DNA of 64,000 bases from positions 1 to 64,000 of the IMG/VR virus record IMGVR_UViG_3300032334_001259. One strand, 5' to 3'. The position numbers and the translations under genes are program-made. Each line of letters starts with the position of its first letter. Position 1 is the first letter of the stretch. Below the pieces are notes generated by a model. That model did not search any database, was not told where the DNA came from, and saw only the letters and a program-made list of their open reading frames with translations. This document shows positions 9,486 to 19,735 of this stretch, piece by piece.

Positions 9486-11798
9486 TTAAATCGTGCAACT
9501 TTCACAAGCATCTTGGTCATCAAGTAGTTGTAAGTTTTTAACTTCAAAATCTTGTTTTTGTTCAACAAACTTGCTGACATCAACTTCACCTTGACCATCA
9601 TAGGTATTGAAATAATATAGGGTTTTAATACCATATTTGTAGCAAAGTAGCAGATGACCAATCATAACACTCATTGGAATCTTTTCATCTTCGTAGAATG
9701 TTGGATTATATGATGTATTGGTTGAAATACTTTGGTCAATATACTTTTGTAGGATAGCAACAATCTTCAAATAACCCTCTGGTGACTTTTGGTCCCAAAG
9801 CAATTCATACTTGTTCTTAAGTTTACGAAACTCTGGAACAACTTGCTTTAATACGCCATGCTTACTTTGCTTGACACTTATAAGGCTACGTGGTGGTTCA
9901 ATGCCGTTTGTAGCATTAGCAACCTGTGCGCTTGTTTCTGCTGGCATAAGAGCCATAAGAGTTGAATTACGGATACCATGTTCTTTAAGACTTGCACGAA
10001 GTGATTCCCAATCCATTGTAAACACTGGTCCAACAAGTTCATCAACTTCACGCTTATATGTGTCAATAGGTAGAATACCGTTGCCATATTTTGTTTCATT
10101 ACTCTTTGGACATGCACCTTTTTCAATAGCAAGTTGGTTACTTGCTTTGATGAGATAGTAACTCCATGCTTCTGCATATTCATCAACAAGTGGCAATGCT
10201 AATGGATCGCTGTATGATAAGTCATTCTTGGCGAGGAAATATGCAAAGTTAATAATACCAATACCCAATGGGCGACGATTCATTGTTGAAAGCTGTGCCG
10301 CCAAAACAGGATATTTTTGGTAGTCAAGCAATTCATCAAGACCACGAACAGCAAGGTCACACATCTTTTCAAAGTCTTTTGGTTCTTTTACATTTCCCCA
10401 GTTAATAGCACTTAATGTGCAAAGTGAGATTTCACCTTCTTCATCAAAGATATGCTTAAGTGGTTTTGTTGGTAATGCAATTTCAGCACAAAGATTGCTT
10501 TGCTTAACAGGTGCGACACTTTCAATAAATGCACCATGGCTATTGGCATGGTCAACATTCATAAGATAAATGCGACCTGTATTCTTGCGTTCTTCCATAA
10601 ACATACTAAACAAGTCAATAGCTTTATAAGTTTTCTTACGAATCTTACTGTTTTTTTCAGCAGCCTCATAAAGTTGTTTAAACTTGTCTTGGTCTTGGAA
10701 GAAAGCATCGTATAAGCCTGGAACATCACTTGGACTAAAACAAGTGATGTCCCCACCTTGGAGAAGACGCTCATACATTAACTTGTTAAATTGCACACCA
10801 TAATCCATATGGCGAACACGATTATCTTCTGTTCCCTTATTATTTTTAAGAACTAATAAATCTTCTACTTCATAATGCCATAGTGGATAGTAAAGTGTAG
10901 CCGCACCGTTGCGAACACCACCTTGTGAACAGCTACGAACAGCAGTTTGGAAATGCTTATAAAATGGAATTAAACCTGTGTGGCTGGCGTCACCTTTACG
11001 AATTGGAGAACCAATAGCACGGATAGCCCCAGCACCAATCCCAATGCCTGCCTTTTGACTTACATACTTGACAATGGCACTACTTGTTGCATTGATGCTG
11101 TCTAGACTATCGTCAGTTTCAATTAATACACAGCTACTAAACTGACGTTGTGGTGTGCGGACACCAGCCATCACAGGAGTAGGTAAACTAATATCATGCT
11201 TACTAATAGCATCATAATAGTCCCTAACATAACGTAAACGAGTTTCTTTTGGATACTTTGAGAATAGTGTTGCAGCAATAAGTGCATATGCAACTTGTGG
11301 CGTTTCCATAATTTGACCAGTTACACGGTTCTGCACAAGATACTTGCCACGTAGCTGTTCCATTGCAACATAAGCAAGACTGCAATCACGTTCATGGTCA
11401 ACAAACTTATTAATAGTTGCCCATTCTTCTTCGGTATAATCTGTTAATAGTGCAGGATCATAAAATCCACTTGCTATATTCTTTTTAATAATATCAATCA
11501 ATGCCCACGGATGATAGTCACCATATACTTCTTTGCGTAGGTGATAATTTACAAGACGACCTGCGACATATTGGTAATTAGGCGCATCTTCACTGATAAG
11601 ATCAGCAGCAGCCTTAATCATAGTTTCTTGAATTTCACTGGTTTTAATGTTATTATAAAATTGAATCTGACTTCGTAGTTCTAGTTCACTTGCACTTACG
11701 TTGTTGATATTTTCTGTTGCCCAGAATACTACTTTGTGAAGTTTATCAATATTCAATGGTTCTTTACGACCATCACGTTTAGTAACATTAATCGCCAT
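9486..11798 (-). CDS. nrdA: ribonucleotide reductase class Ia alpha subunit with ATP cone
   Basis: VTKRDG ATP cone, FSSC, SNLCAE, SLCTL, TLYY, C-terminal CESC. Confidence 0.98.
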   Translation of the reverse strand: MAINVTKRDGRKEPLNIDKLHKVVFWATENINNVSASELELRSQIQFYNNIKTSEIQETMIKAAADLISEDAPNYQYVAGRLVNYHLRKEVYGDYHPWALIDIIKKNIASGFYDPALLTDYTEEEWATINKFVDHERDCSLAYVAMEQLRGKYLVQNRVTGQIMETPQVAYALIAATLFSKYPKETRLRYVRDYYDAISKHDISLPTPVMAGVRTPQRQFSSCVLIETDDSLDSINATSSAIVKYVSQKAGIGIGAGAIRAIGSPIRKGDASHTGLIPFYKHFQTAVRSCSQGGVRNGAATLYYPLWHYEVEDLLVLKNNKGTEDNRVRHMDYGVQFNKLMYERLLQGGDITCFSPSDVPGLYDAFFQDQDKFKQLYEAAEKNSKIRKKTYKAIDLFSMFMEERKNTGRIYLMNVDHANSHGAFIESVAPVKQSNLCAEIALPTKPLKHIFDEEGEISLCTLSAINWGNVKEPKDFEKMCDLAVRGLDELLDYQKYPVLAAQLSTMNRRPLGIGIINFAYFLAKNDLSYSDPLALPLVDEYAEAWSYYLIKASNQLAIEKGACPKSNETKYGNGILPIDTYKREVDELVGPVFTMDWESLRASLKEHGIRNSTLMALMPAETSAQVANATNGIEPPRSLISVKQSKHGVLKQVVPEFRKLKNKYELLWDQKSPEGYLKIVAILQKYIDQSISTNTSYNPTFYEDEKIPMSVMIGHLLLCYKYGIKTLYYFNTYDGQGEVDVSKFVEQKQDFEVKNLQLLDDQDACESCTI

Positions 11799-11806
11799 TT
11801 GATTTC

Positions 11807-12265
11807 CTATATTTTTAATTGTTTTGCGTTTACAGTATTAATCAGTTCTGCGGTTGGACTGATTGATAGGTTATTTACAACCACTCCATCCTGGTAATTC
11901 AGCGTATATAATCCACCCTCGCACCTGACTAAATTAAGGTATTCATGTTTTTTGCGGTCACGATAAACCTCTATTACCATACTATCCTTTTGTGAATAAG
12001 AAGTAAAGTATAAAGTGTAAAAAATACCCAAAGCACGTGCAGTATCGTCATATAAACCACTGCTTATAAGTGTCCACGGGTCAGGCCAATGACGACAATC
12101 ATCAAATTCAAGATAAGGGTCAGTTAATTTGCAATTCTGCCATGCTGTGGCAACAAGACGCAAGTGATCTTTGTCTATATTGCGCCTAAAATCACGCCAT
12201 TGTAGTATGTTTTCATGGGTTCTTGGCGTAATCCATTTAGAACATATCGAAGTATCTAATAGCAT
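11807..12265 (-). CDS. hypothetical phage protein
   Basis: 152-aa ORF in operon, WPDPW motif; start uncertain. Confidence 0.6.
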   Translation of the reverse strand: MLLDTSICSKWITPRTHENILQWRDFRRNIDKDHLRLVATAWQNCKLTDPYLEFDDCRHWPDPWTLISSGLYDDTARALGIFYTLYFTSYSQKDSMVIEVYRDRKKHEYLNLVRCEGGLYTLNYQDGVVVNNLSISPTAELINTVNAKQLKI

Positions 12266-15200
12266 AGTTGATAAGACCCGTACCTGTTGAATCGGTAGTG
12301 TATGTTACATCAGTGCCATTATAACCAAATGTAACACCAACATCACTACTGAATGTCCTATCATCTTCTATACTATATAAACCACCAGAAGTCAATGTAA
12401 ATTTAGCAAGTCCAGTGCAAACATTACTGCCTCTTGTAATTGTATATTGGAACTCAAATCCAAAGTTTTCACCAAATTCATTTAATCCAGTTACAAGAGC
12501 CGCAGTTGTATTATTTGCTAATGCTAAAGTTCTACCACGTTGGTAATTGATTGTTCCCATACGCAGACCGTAAGAATATACCCATTCAACAGCTTGTTCA
12601 ACTTCACTTACATATGGTATACCAGTGCTTGTGCTTGCCTGTGCTTCTGTTCTATCAAAACTATCACCAATACTTGCACAACCACTAATAGTAGTGTCAA
12701 AATATATGATTACATAAAATGGGTTTGCAACACCAGTGCTTTTGTTACCTACATCACGGTAATAATTACTTAAACTTAAGAAATTAGTGCTGTTTGTCAT
12801 ATAACAACCACTATTATAAATTAAGTCCATTGTGCTGTTGCTTATAGTAAAACCAATAGCACTTGTTCCAACAAAATACAAACCATGATAAAGATTACTG
12901 AATGTGCAACTATCTATTAAACCATTACTTGTATATTGACTACTTGGCAAATAAACACCTGTATGGAATCCATTGAATAAACAATCTATAATATTAACAT
13001 CACTTGCATATGCAAGAGCACGACCCAATAATTTTACACCAGCAGTTGTGCTACCATTTACTGGATCAGTTAATACAGTAACTGTGCTTGTGTTTGGTCC
13101 TTGGAAGCGAATATTGTCTAATGTAACACGTGTTGCACTGTCAATAACAATACCATCATTAAGACTTTGCAGTGTCATATCACTAATTGTAATATCTGTA
13201 GGTAATGCTGCACCATTCAAACCAATTAGATTTTGAATTTGTTGTAGGTCATCAGCGGTATACATTACCCAAGTAGTATATGGATATATGTAAGGATTTG
13301 CTGTTTGTGTAATTTGTGTATTATAAGTTCCTTCACCACGTAATCTTGCACGACTTGGAACATTAATACTACCGCTTACTATATAATTACCTGCTGGAAA
13401 CCATAAAACTTTATGTGCAGCAAGACTTGAAGTTCTGCAATATAGTTCATACATTGCACGGTTAATGGCTTCTGTGTCATCAGTAACACCATCACCTTTT
13501 GCACCAAAATCTTTAACACTTACGAAATCATCAAGTTTTTTCTGTAAAGAACGTTGTGTAATTGTTCCACCATAACTTAAACTTTGTGTAGTCCAAGTTT
13601 GTGCGTCAAGACTTGTACTGATATGACCGTCATCACCAATAGCATAATAGGTGCTACCAATATAACCCATACCACGATTGCTATAAGTTACTGATTGTGT
13701 TTCTTTTCTAAAATAATTGTATTGGCTTGTGCTGTAATAAAAGAAACCATATTGTCCACCGATAACATTAGTTGTGTTATTATCAGCAATATCATATAAA
13801 TCTGGTGCTAATGCACTACTACCAAAATAGATACTTGAATAGGTCCAAGTTACTGCATCTTGTGATTTGAGATATGTTAGACTTGTGTCACCACTTACAT
13901 AAAAATATGTTCCAATATAAGTAGAACCTGTAAAATTAGCAGTTGTAGTGGTTGTTTTTGTAAACCAACTGGTTCCATTTGTACTCGTAGCTATAACACC
14001 ATGATCACCAGTAACAATCCAATAATTTGTTGATGTCCCACCTGGTGGTGTAAATGTATAATATCTTACGCTATTCAAATCGCTCAATGAAACAGTAGCA
14101 CCAGTTGGATCAGTTGCACTATTTGCAATAGCACTACTCCAAGTTGTGCCGTCTGCACTGCTTACACCAACACCACTTGCACCAACTGCAATAGCCTTGA
14201 ATGTGCCACCACCTAAATCGGCAACAGCTACGCTACGCAATTCAACGCTTGTGCCACTACTACGTGCAGTCCAAGTTACGGCATTTGGACTTGTTAGTAT
14301 TGTTCCGTTAGCACCTACAGCTATCCATGTTGTAGTGCTTAATTTTGTAATACCAAGTAGATTTTGTGTAGTTCCACTTGTTTGTGCGGTAAATGTAGTT
14401 CCAGTTGTACTTGTTAAAATTACACCACTATCACCTACTACAACCCAAGTGGTTCCATCAAACCAAACTGCATTAAGACTTGTAGATACACCACTTGTTC
14501 TTGCTGTCCACGTAGCACCTGTTCCACTGGTATAGATTCCACCACTACCAGTTAAAACTGTGAATAAGCCAGCACCATTGTGATAGATATATTTGAAATT
14601 TTCAATAGCACTTGCAACAGTTGTGACACTACTTAAAGTTGTTCCAGTTGTGTTTTTATAAACATCGCCCCAACTTGTAAGTGACCAAACATTTGTTCCA
14701 TCATTTGTAACACTTACCAACCCATCAACAAGACTACGAGTCCAAGTTGAACCATCAGTGCTTACATAAACTTTATTATTTTCACATGTTGCAACAAAAG
14801 AATTGCCAGCAGTATTAGTAATATAACGCAAACCTAAAACATCATAAAAACCAACAGTTGTGACAGTCCAAGTGATAGCATCTGGACTTGTTATGATTGT
14901 TCCATTTGCGCCACCAGCAACAAATATACTGTTACCGTATGCTATGCTATAAAGTGCATCAGTTGTGCCTGTTGTTTGACTACTCCAAGTAACACCATTA
15001 TTACTTGTATAAACTTCACCAAGAGCAGTAACGAGAACAAACTTACTACTTGCATAAACAATTGCGTTGATATTTGTATATGAAACTGCACCGCTTGCTT
15101 GCCATACTGTTCCATTTGAACTATAAAGCACTGTTCCATTAGCACCAACTGCTACGAAATATCCACCACCATATGCAACATCAAGAAGATTTTGTGTAGT

Positions 15201-15569
15201 TCCACTTATAGTGCTATTCCATGTAGAACCATCAGTGCTTGTTAAAATATTTCCATTACTACCAACTACAACATATACTGAACCATTAGACGCAATTGCT
15301 TCATAAACTGCACGTGCATTACCAGTTTGTGGATTATAACCAGCATCACTGTTTTTAAAATCATATAAATTTGCTAAATTAAGGATGTCACTGTATTCAG
15401 TGAGAATTTCTGTATTACCAGTTTGTGGCGCACCATCACTTACAAGACCGTTACCAATAAAAAGGCGGCGTTCATCGACAGCATAACCTATTTCTGCCTT
15501 TGCAAGTTGTGGTAAATTTTCAAAAATTCCGCTACGATGTTGTATTCTTGAGATTTGGACAATGCTCAT
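12237..15569 (-). CDS. tailspike/receptor-binding protein: Mtd-like N-terminus, BNR/Asp-box propeller repeats, pectate-lyase-like beta-helix
   Basis: IQHRSG...LPQLAKAEIGYAVDERRLFIG; many S(T/P)DG.TW repeats; SVKDFGAKGDGVTDDTEAINRA; FPAGNY. Confidence 0.8.
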   Translation of the reverse strand: MSIVQISRIQHRSGIFENLPQLAKAEIGYAVDERRLFIGNGLVSDGAPQTGNTEILTEYSDILNLANLYDFKNSDAGYNPQTGNARAVYEAIASNGSVYVVVGSNGNILTSTDGSTWNSTISGTTQNLLDVAYGGGYFVAVGANGTVLYSSNGTVWQASGAVSYTNINAIVYASSKFVLVTALGEVYTSNNGVTWSSQTTGTTDALYSIAYGNSIFVAGGANGTIITSPDAITWTVTTVGFYDVLGLRYITNTAGNSFVATCENNKVYVSTDGSTWTRSLVDGLVSVTNDGTNVWSLTSWGDVYKNTTGTTLSSVTTVASAIENFKYIYHNGAGLFTVLTGSGGIYTSGTGATWTARTSGVSTSLNAVWFDGTTWVVVGDSGVILTSTTGTTFTAQTSGTTQNLLGITKLSTTTWIAVGANGTILTSPNAVTWTARSSGTSVELRSVAVADLGGGTFKAIAVGASGVGVSSADGTTWSSAIANSATDPTGATVSLSDLNSVRYYTFTPPGGTSTNYWIVTGDHGVIATSTNGTSWFTKTTTTTANFTGSTYIGTYFYVSGDTSLTYLKSQDAVTWTYSSIYFGSSALAPDLYDIADNNTTNVIGGQYGFFYYSTSQYNYFRKETQSVTYSNRGMGYIGSTYYAIGDDGHISTSLDAQTWTTQSLSYGGTITQRSLQKKLDDFVSVKDFGAKGDGVTDDTEAINRAMYELYCRTSSLAAHKVLWFPAGNYIVSGSINVPSRARLRGEGTYNTQITQTANPYIYPYTTWVMYTADDLQQIQNLIGLNGAALPTDITISDMTLQSLNDGIVIDSATRVTLDNIRFQGPNTSTVTVLTDPVNGSTTAGVKLLGRALAYASDVNIIDCLFNGFHTGVYLPSSQYTSNGLIDSCTFSNLYHGLYFVGTSAIGFTISNSTMDLIYNSGCYMTNSTNFLSLSNYYRDVGNKSTGVANPFYVIIYFDTTISGCASIGDSFDRTEAQASTSTGIPYVSEVEQAVEWVYSYGLRMGTINYQRGRTLALANNTTAALVTGLNEFGENFGFEFQYTITRGSNVCTGLAKFTLTSGGLYSIEDDRTFSSDVGVTFGYNGTDVTYTTDSTGTGLINYAIRYFDMF

Positions 15570-15595
15570 TAGTATCTCTCATTTTATAGAGATAT

Positions 15596-16297
15596 TTATG
15601 AGTTCTCCGCATAGAACTGCCAAACTCTATCCCACCAAGTTGCAGTCCACTGATCAAAATCGTCACCAGTAATGATCCAACGTTGTGGTTCACAGTTCTT
15701 ACTACACATTAAGATAACAATTTGTTTGATATCTGTGCCAAATATTTCATTATGAGCAGCAGCATAAGCGGCACCTTGAATAAAATAATCATGAATCCAT
15801 TCAGTTTTTTTAGGTTTATTGGTTTGTTTATAGTCTATAATACTTGGTTTACCATTATAAACACCAACAAGGTCAGTAGTGCCAGCATAAAGCTGTGGAT
15901 AATATAGTGCAGTTTCCATACCCCAAAATTCTTGGAGTTGTCCTTTAAGATATTCATTAATAATAGTATTTGCCATTTTAGCACTTTCTTGATGAACAGC
16001 ATTACTACCTGTTTTTAATTCACCATGTTCCAACCAATTTTCAAGTTGTTTATGCATACTGGTTCCACGTCCAGCAGCTTCTGTGGTAATAGCTTGTGCT
16101 TTTTGGACACCAACACGCTTACGCCATTCATTTAATGCTTGAACTTTTTCTTTTGGCTTTGTTTTGTCAAGAATAGTGGTTACAGAAGGAACAACATCAC
16201 CACTTGGTGTCAGGTATCTACGACCTTGTTCTGTTTCTTTTCGTTTAATTTCAGTGTAATTATATTGTGGATTGTGCTTTACCAGGATATTTGCCAA
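15596..16297 (-). CDS. PD-(D/E)xK exonuclease (Cas4/RecB-like phage exonuclease)
   Basis: PSVTTIL, RGTSMH, YAGTTD, IDYK and QxxAY motifs. Confidence 0.85.
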   Translation of the reverse strand: MANILVKHNPQYNYTEIKRKETEQGRRYLTPSGDVVPSVTTILDKTKPKEKVQALNEWRKRVGVQKAQAITTEAAGRGTSMHKQLENWLEHGELKTGSNAVHQESAKMANTIINEYLKGQLQEFWGMETALYYPQLYAGTTDLVGVYNGKPSIIDYKQTNKPKKTEWIHDYFIQGAAYAAAHNEIFGTDIKQIVILMCSKNCEPQRWIITGDDFDQWTATWWDRVWQFYAENS

Positions 16298-16617
16298 GAG
16301 ATATTTGTCCCATCAGTTGATATACGACTGATAGTATACCCCAATTTAGCAAAGTTGTCAATAACTGATTGCATCTGTCCAGTGGCAAGTGCGTTGGCGG
16401 TGCTTGTCTGCCAAGCTGTATAATATTGTGTAGCCAGTGTCATTGGTGTTCCGACCACAGTATTGCCATTTAGAAATGTATTTGATGTTTTGTTTACTGT
16501 AACTGTTACATTGCCAGCAGAAACGGCAGAAAGAATGTTAAGATTTAACAATGCAATTTCTGTTTCGGTTGCTACGCTCGTTATAGTTTGTGTTCTGGCA
16601 TTTGTTGCTGTAAACAT
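16279..16617 (-). CDS. hypothetical (probable virion) protein
   Basis: ORF preceded by TAAATA and SD GGAA. Confidence 0.6.
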   Translation of the reverse strand: MFTATNARTQTITSVATETEIALLNLNILSAVSAGNVTVTVNKTSNTFLNGNTVVGTPMTLATQYYTAWQTSTANALATGQMQSVIDNFAKLGYTISRISTDGTNISWQISW

Positions 16618-16636
16618 ATTATTTTTCCACTAATAT

Positions 16637-17569
16637 TTAGGATACACTTTTGCTTTTTGTTTTGCCACCTGCTTGTCTTTTACGTCTGCCAGCACAATGT
16701 GCTTTCTGGCTAAAACCTTTTGGATGACTGCAATTAATACTTTTCTTATATTTTTTAGTCCATGTTTCAATTATTTTCTGCATGGATTTTTTAACTTTAT
16801 ACTTTTTACCATCAACAATGAAGTAATCTAAACCTTTTTCACGTGCAGTTCTCAAAGCACCACTAAAGGCATTACCTTCACTTAAACTTAAATCATTATC
16901 AACTGCTTGTAGATGTGCGTCATTTAGTTTGTCAAGATCACCTTCATTACGAAGCAACTTAAATGTAAGGTTTTCAACACCAAATTCGCCTTCACGTTCT
17001 AATCCACTTTGGCGAAGTTTTTTAATACGTTCTTTTAAACGTTTAATAGTAGCACGGTCACCGCTTTCTACCGCTTGGTCTATTTCAGCATGTAGATGTT
17101 CAAATTTGTCTTGAATGTTTGTTGTATCTGGATTAGCTACAATTGTTTTAGGAAACTTAATCCAGTTATTATTATAAATGCTGTAAATTCCATTAGATAT
17201 ATGCTTTTCATCACTGCGTTGAACATATACTTCTACGGCATGTCCATAAATGCTTATATCATGTTGGTCGTTAAATGCACCTTTTTTAGCCATAAACAAT
17301 TGATCAAGGTCTTCTTCACATGGACCATTTACGTCTGCAACAAGATGTAAATCTATATCACTGTCTGCATTATAATTATAACTTGCATTACTACCACTTA
17401 TTGTAATATCAGTTAATTGTAAATTGGGAATGTTTATAAAATCAACAAATGCTTTGGCAATCTTAAACAATGCAAGACGGACTTCTGGTTTAAGGCGATT
17501 GTTTTCCCATAAATCAAGATTCAACTTGTCATGAAATTTTGTAAGTTGTTCTAAGTCACCAATGCGCAT
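16637..17569 (-). CDS. Pol-beta superfamily nucleotidyltransferase with C-terminal micro-domains
   Basis: GS...DIDL signature (ISGSNASYNYNADSDIDLH), third acid in VEVYV; TAAATA 4 nt before ATG. Confidence 0.75.
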   Translation of the reverse strand: MRIGDLEQLTKFHDKLNLDLWENNRLKPEVRLALFKIAKAFVDFINIPNLQLTDITISGSNASYNYNADSDIDLHLVADVNGPCEEDLDQLFMAKKGAFNDQHDISIYGHAVEVYVQRSDEKHISNGIYSIYNNNWIKFPKTIVANPDTTNIQDKFEHLHAEIDQAVESGDRATIKRLKERIKKLRQSGLEREGEFGVENLTFKLLRNEGDLDKLNDAHLQAVDNDLSLSEGNAFSGALRTAREKGLDYFIVDGKKYKVKKSMQKIIETWTKKYKKSINCSHPKGFSQKAHCAGRRKRQAGGKTKSKSVS

Positions 17570-17581
17570 GTGGTATTTAGA

Positions 17582-18004
17582 TTAAAAACGTGAGGCACGT
17601 GCAGCCATTTTATCAACCGTTGCACGTTCTGGACTACGACCATTACCTATTGGAGCACCACCTTGTTCTGGTTCTGGTTCTAGTGGAGGTGGAGGCACAG
17701 CTAAATCAGGTTGTTGTGCTGCCGCATCCATTTCTGGTTCAGGTTCTGGTTCTTCTGTTTTTCCAATGGTGATATAATCTTCATTAGAATCACCAATCAA
17801 TTCATCAAGTGCTGGAAATTGTTTTTTCAAACCTTCTAATGCTTCCCAGTTAAAACTATAACCAGCATTATTCATAAGATTTGTAATGTTGCGCATTGGA
17901 ATTTTTGTGCCAGGTTCTGTCTTATTTTGCAAATACTGCAAAATTGTCATCAAGGTTCCTACTTGACTACGAACAAAATCTGGTGCAACTTCCAAGAGTT
18001 TCAT
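17582..18004 (-). CDS. hypothetical (probable head-associated) protein
   Basis: MKLLEV start; acidic Pro-rich C-terminus. Confidence 0.6.
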   Translation of the reverse strand: MKLLEVAPDFVRSQVGTLMTILQYLQNKTEPGTKIPMRNITNLMNNAGYSFNWEALEGLKKQFPALDELIGDSNEDYITIGKTEEPEPEPEMDAAAQQPDLAVPPPPLEPEPEQGGAPIGNGRSPERATVDKMAARASRF

Positions 18005-18006
18005 TA

Positions 18007-18927
18007 TTAAACTCTCTTACCACGACCCAATTCAGCAGTTCCGCCAGCGGCACTATCAGCAGTGTCCAAATCGCCACCATCACGTGGAGGCATTGGTGCT
18101 GCATCAATATCACTTGCTGGTTCAGCAGTAGGAGCAGGTGCTCCACCTAAATCACCAACTGGTGCGGCACCCATTGGTTGTGCGCCATAAACACCACGTG
18201 CTGCATTATCAAGTGTGTCACGTGCGGTGTTTGCACTATCAAGCAATCCTTGTAGAACTTGCTTGGTTGAATCATTAAATGAATTAGCTTGTTCCATGCC
18301 AATTTCATCCTTCATTGCACTTACAAGTGCTGGAAGTTGTTCGTTTTGCATAGTGCTGATCTTTTCAACAATATCTTGGACTGTATCAGCAAGGTCACGT
18401 GCAGCCATAGTAACACGAGCCTGTTCAATTTCACCTTCTGTTAATGCTGGTGGCAGAACAATACTTTCGTTCTTTGCCATCTTTGTAGCAGTGGCATACA
18501 TAACTTCCTTACCACGCTTACCATAACGCTTTTCAAAATCACCACCACGCTTTTTAAGTGACTTAACAAAGTGTTCTTTCTTCTTTGTTTCGCCTGGTGT
18601 CAACTCACGTTCGTTGAGTTGGGTTGTGCAATATTCATTAATTGCGATCATCTTTTCTGCGAGTGCTTTGCGACCTGCTGCCATTTCATTCTTCCATGTT
18701 TCAAGGACTTTAGTTACCATAACAGCTTCCATATATTTTGGATTACGTTCTGCATGATGCACTTGTGAACTTTTACGAATTGTGTTAATTGTGCTTTGAA
18801 CAGTTGAAAGCATTTGGTTAACACTGCCTTCTGTTAAACTGTCAAGATTAAGTTGCCACTTGTAAACTTTCTCTAATTGCTTATTAAGTTCTACGGCAGA
18901 AAAATTATTAAATTCTTTAACAAACAT
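18007..18927 (-). CDS. putative prohead core/scaffold-like protein
   Basis: MFVKEF start, helical coiled segments bounded by xxE sites, TAAATA upstream. Confidence 0.5.
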   Translation of the reverse strand: MFVKEFNNFSAVELNKQLEKVYKWQLNLDSLTEGSVNQMLSTVQSTINTIRKSSQVHHAERNPKYMEAVMVTKVLETWKNEMAAGRKALAEKMIAINEYCTTQLNERELTPGETKKKEHFVKSLKKRGGDFEKRYGKRGKEVMYATATKMAKNESIVLPPALTEGEIEQARVTMAARDLADTVQDIVEKISTMQNEQLPALVSAMKDEIGMEQANSFNDSTKQVLQGLLDSANTARDTLDNAARGVYGAQPMGAAPVGDLGGAPAPTAEPASDIDAAPMPPRDGGDLDTADSAAGGTAELGRGKRV

Positions 18928-18950
18928 TGTAATGTCCTTGTTTAAGTTAT

Positions 18951-19385
18951 TTATTGCAAAGACAGACTTTTTTCTAATTCTCTCAACTGTTGTTCTAACA
19001 AATCAAGGTTAGTTTCTACATTTTCTAATCTATCATCCAAGATTGGATTATATTTTGTTTTTAGTCTACGTTTAAAACGTTCTTTGTCATCCAATAGCAT
19101 GTCCATTTGGTGGTCATACGCTACCATTTTATGTGAATCGGTATATCGTTTTTTGCAAACTAATGCTGCAAATAGTATAGCAATACGGCGTTGTTTGAAA
19201 GTAGAAATTGTAGCTTTGCCCCTTTCAACATTCCAGACACCATTGCTATTCTTGATTTTAATATCATTAACCACAAAAGTATTACCTACCGATTTTACAA
19301 TGATATTTCCACGTTTAGACATATCATTATAAGAATCAGTGATAAACTTTGCTATTTTGTTGAATTGCTGTTTTTCGCTGTTCAT
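18951..19385 (-). CDS. hypothetical protein
   Basis: 144-aa ORF with its own sigma70 promoter 6 nt upstream. Confidence 0.65.
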   Translation of the reverse strand: MNSEKQQFNKIAKFITDSYNDMSKRGNIIVKSVGNTFVVNDIKIKNSNGVWNVERGKATISTFKQRRIAILFAALVCKKRYTDSHKMVAYDHQMDMLLDDKERFKRRLKTKYNPILDDRLENVETNLDLLEQQLRELEKSLSLQ

Positions 19386-19391
19386 ACAAGT

Positions 19392-19420
19392 ATTTTATCA
19401 AACAGCGATGTAATTGTCAA
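19392..19420 (-). promoter_or_regulatory. sigma70 promoter TTGACA-17-TAAAAT (leaderless)
   Basis: -10 box ends 6 nt before ATG 19385. Confidence 0.7.
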
Positions 19421-19708
19421 TTATAAGTGCGGATTTTTCGCAATATAAAGTATCAACCCTAATAGGGCTGTTAGTAGTGAGCCAATAATGCCAATTCCCA
19501 AGCCAACGAGTTTTTTATAAGCCATAGTTTCTTTCTCGATCAACATATTTTTGATCTCGCTGACTATGGATTCAACTTTAAGAAGTCTTGTTTCCATAGT
19601 ATTCATTTTTTCATCCATTCTTTCATAACGCTCTGCACAAAGATCAACGTGTGCTTCTAAACTTTCACGCTCATTTTCATAAACTTTAGTAACCACTTTT
19701 AGCTCCAA
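19421..19708 (-). CDS. coiled-coil protein with C-terminal transmembrane helix (holin/XhlA-like)
   Basis: Coiled coil followed by LVGLGIGIIGSLLTALLGLILYI; TATAAATA upstream. Confidence 0.55.
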   Translation of the reverse strand: MELKVVTKVYENERESLEAHVDLCAERYERMDEKMNTMETRLLKVESIVSEIKNMLIEKETMAYKKLVGLGIGIIGSLLTALLGLILYIAKNPHL

Positions 19709-19735
19709 ATGCAGTGCAAAGTATTTATAATATGG

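Noticed and set aside
8340-11798. Introns or inteins in nrdA/nrdB (also checked helicase, terminase, DnaE)
   Set aside because: Lengths are normal or shorter, motifs are contiguous, and no intein splice motifs are present.
13600-15300. Repetitive sequence as a possible CRISPR array or DGR
   Set aside because: The repeats are degenerate protein-level Asp-box repeats. There are no identical DNA repeats with spacers and no reverse transcriptase in the window.
15596-16297. Cas4-like nuclease as a sign of CRISPR-Cas
   Set aside because: No Fe-S Cys cluster, cas genes or array. It is an ordinary phage exonuclease.
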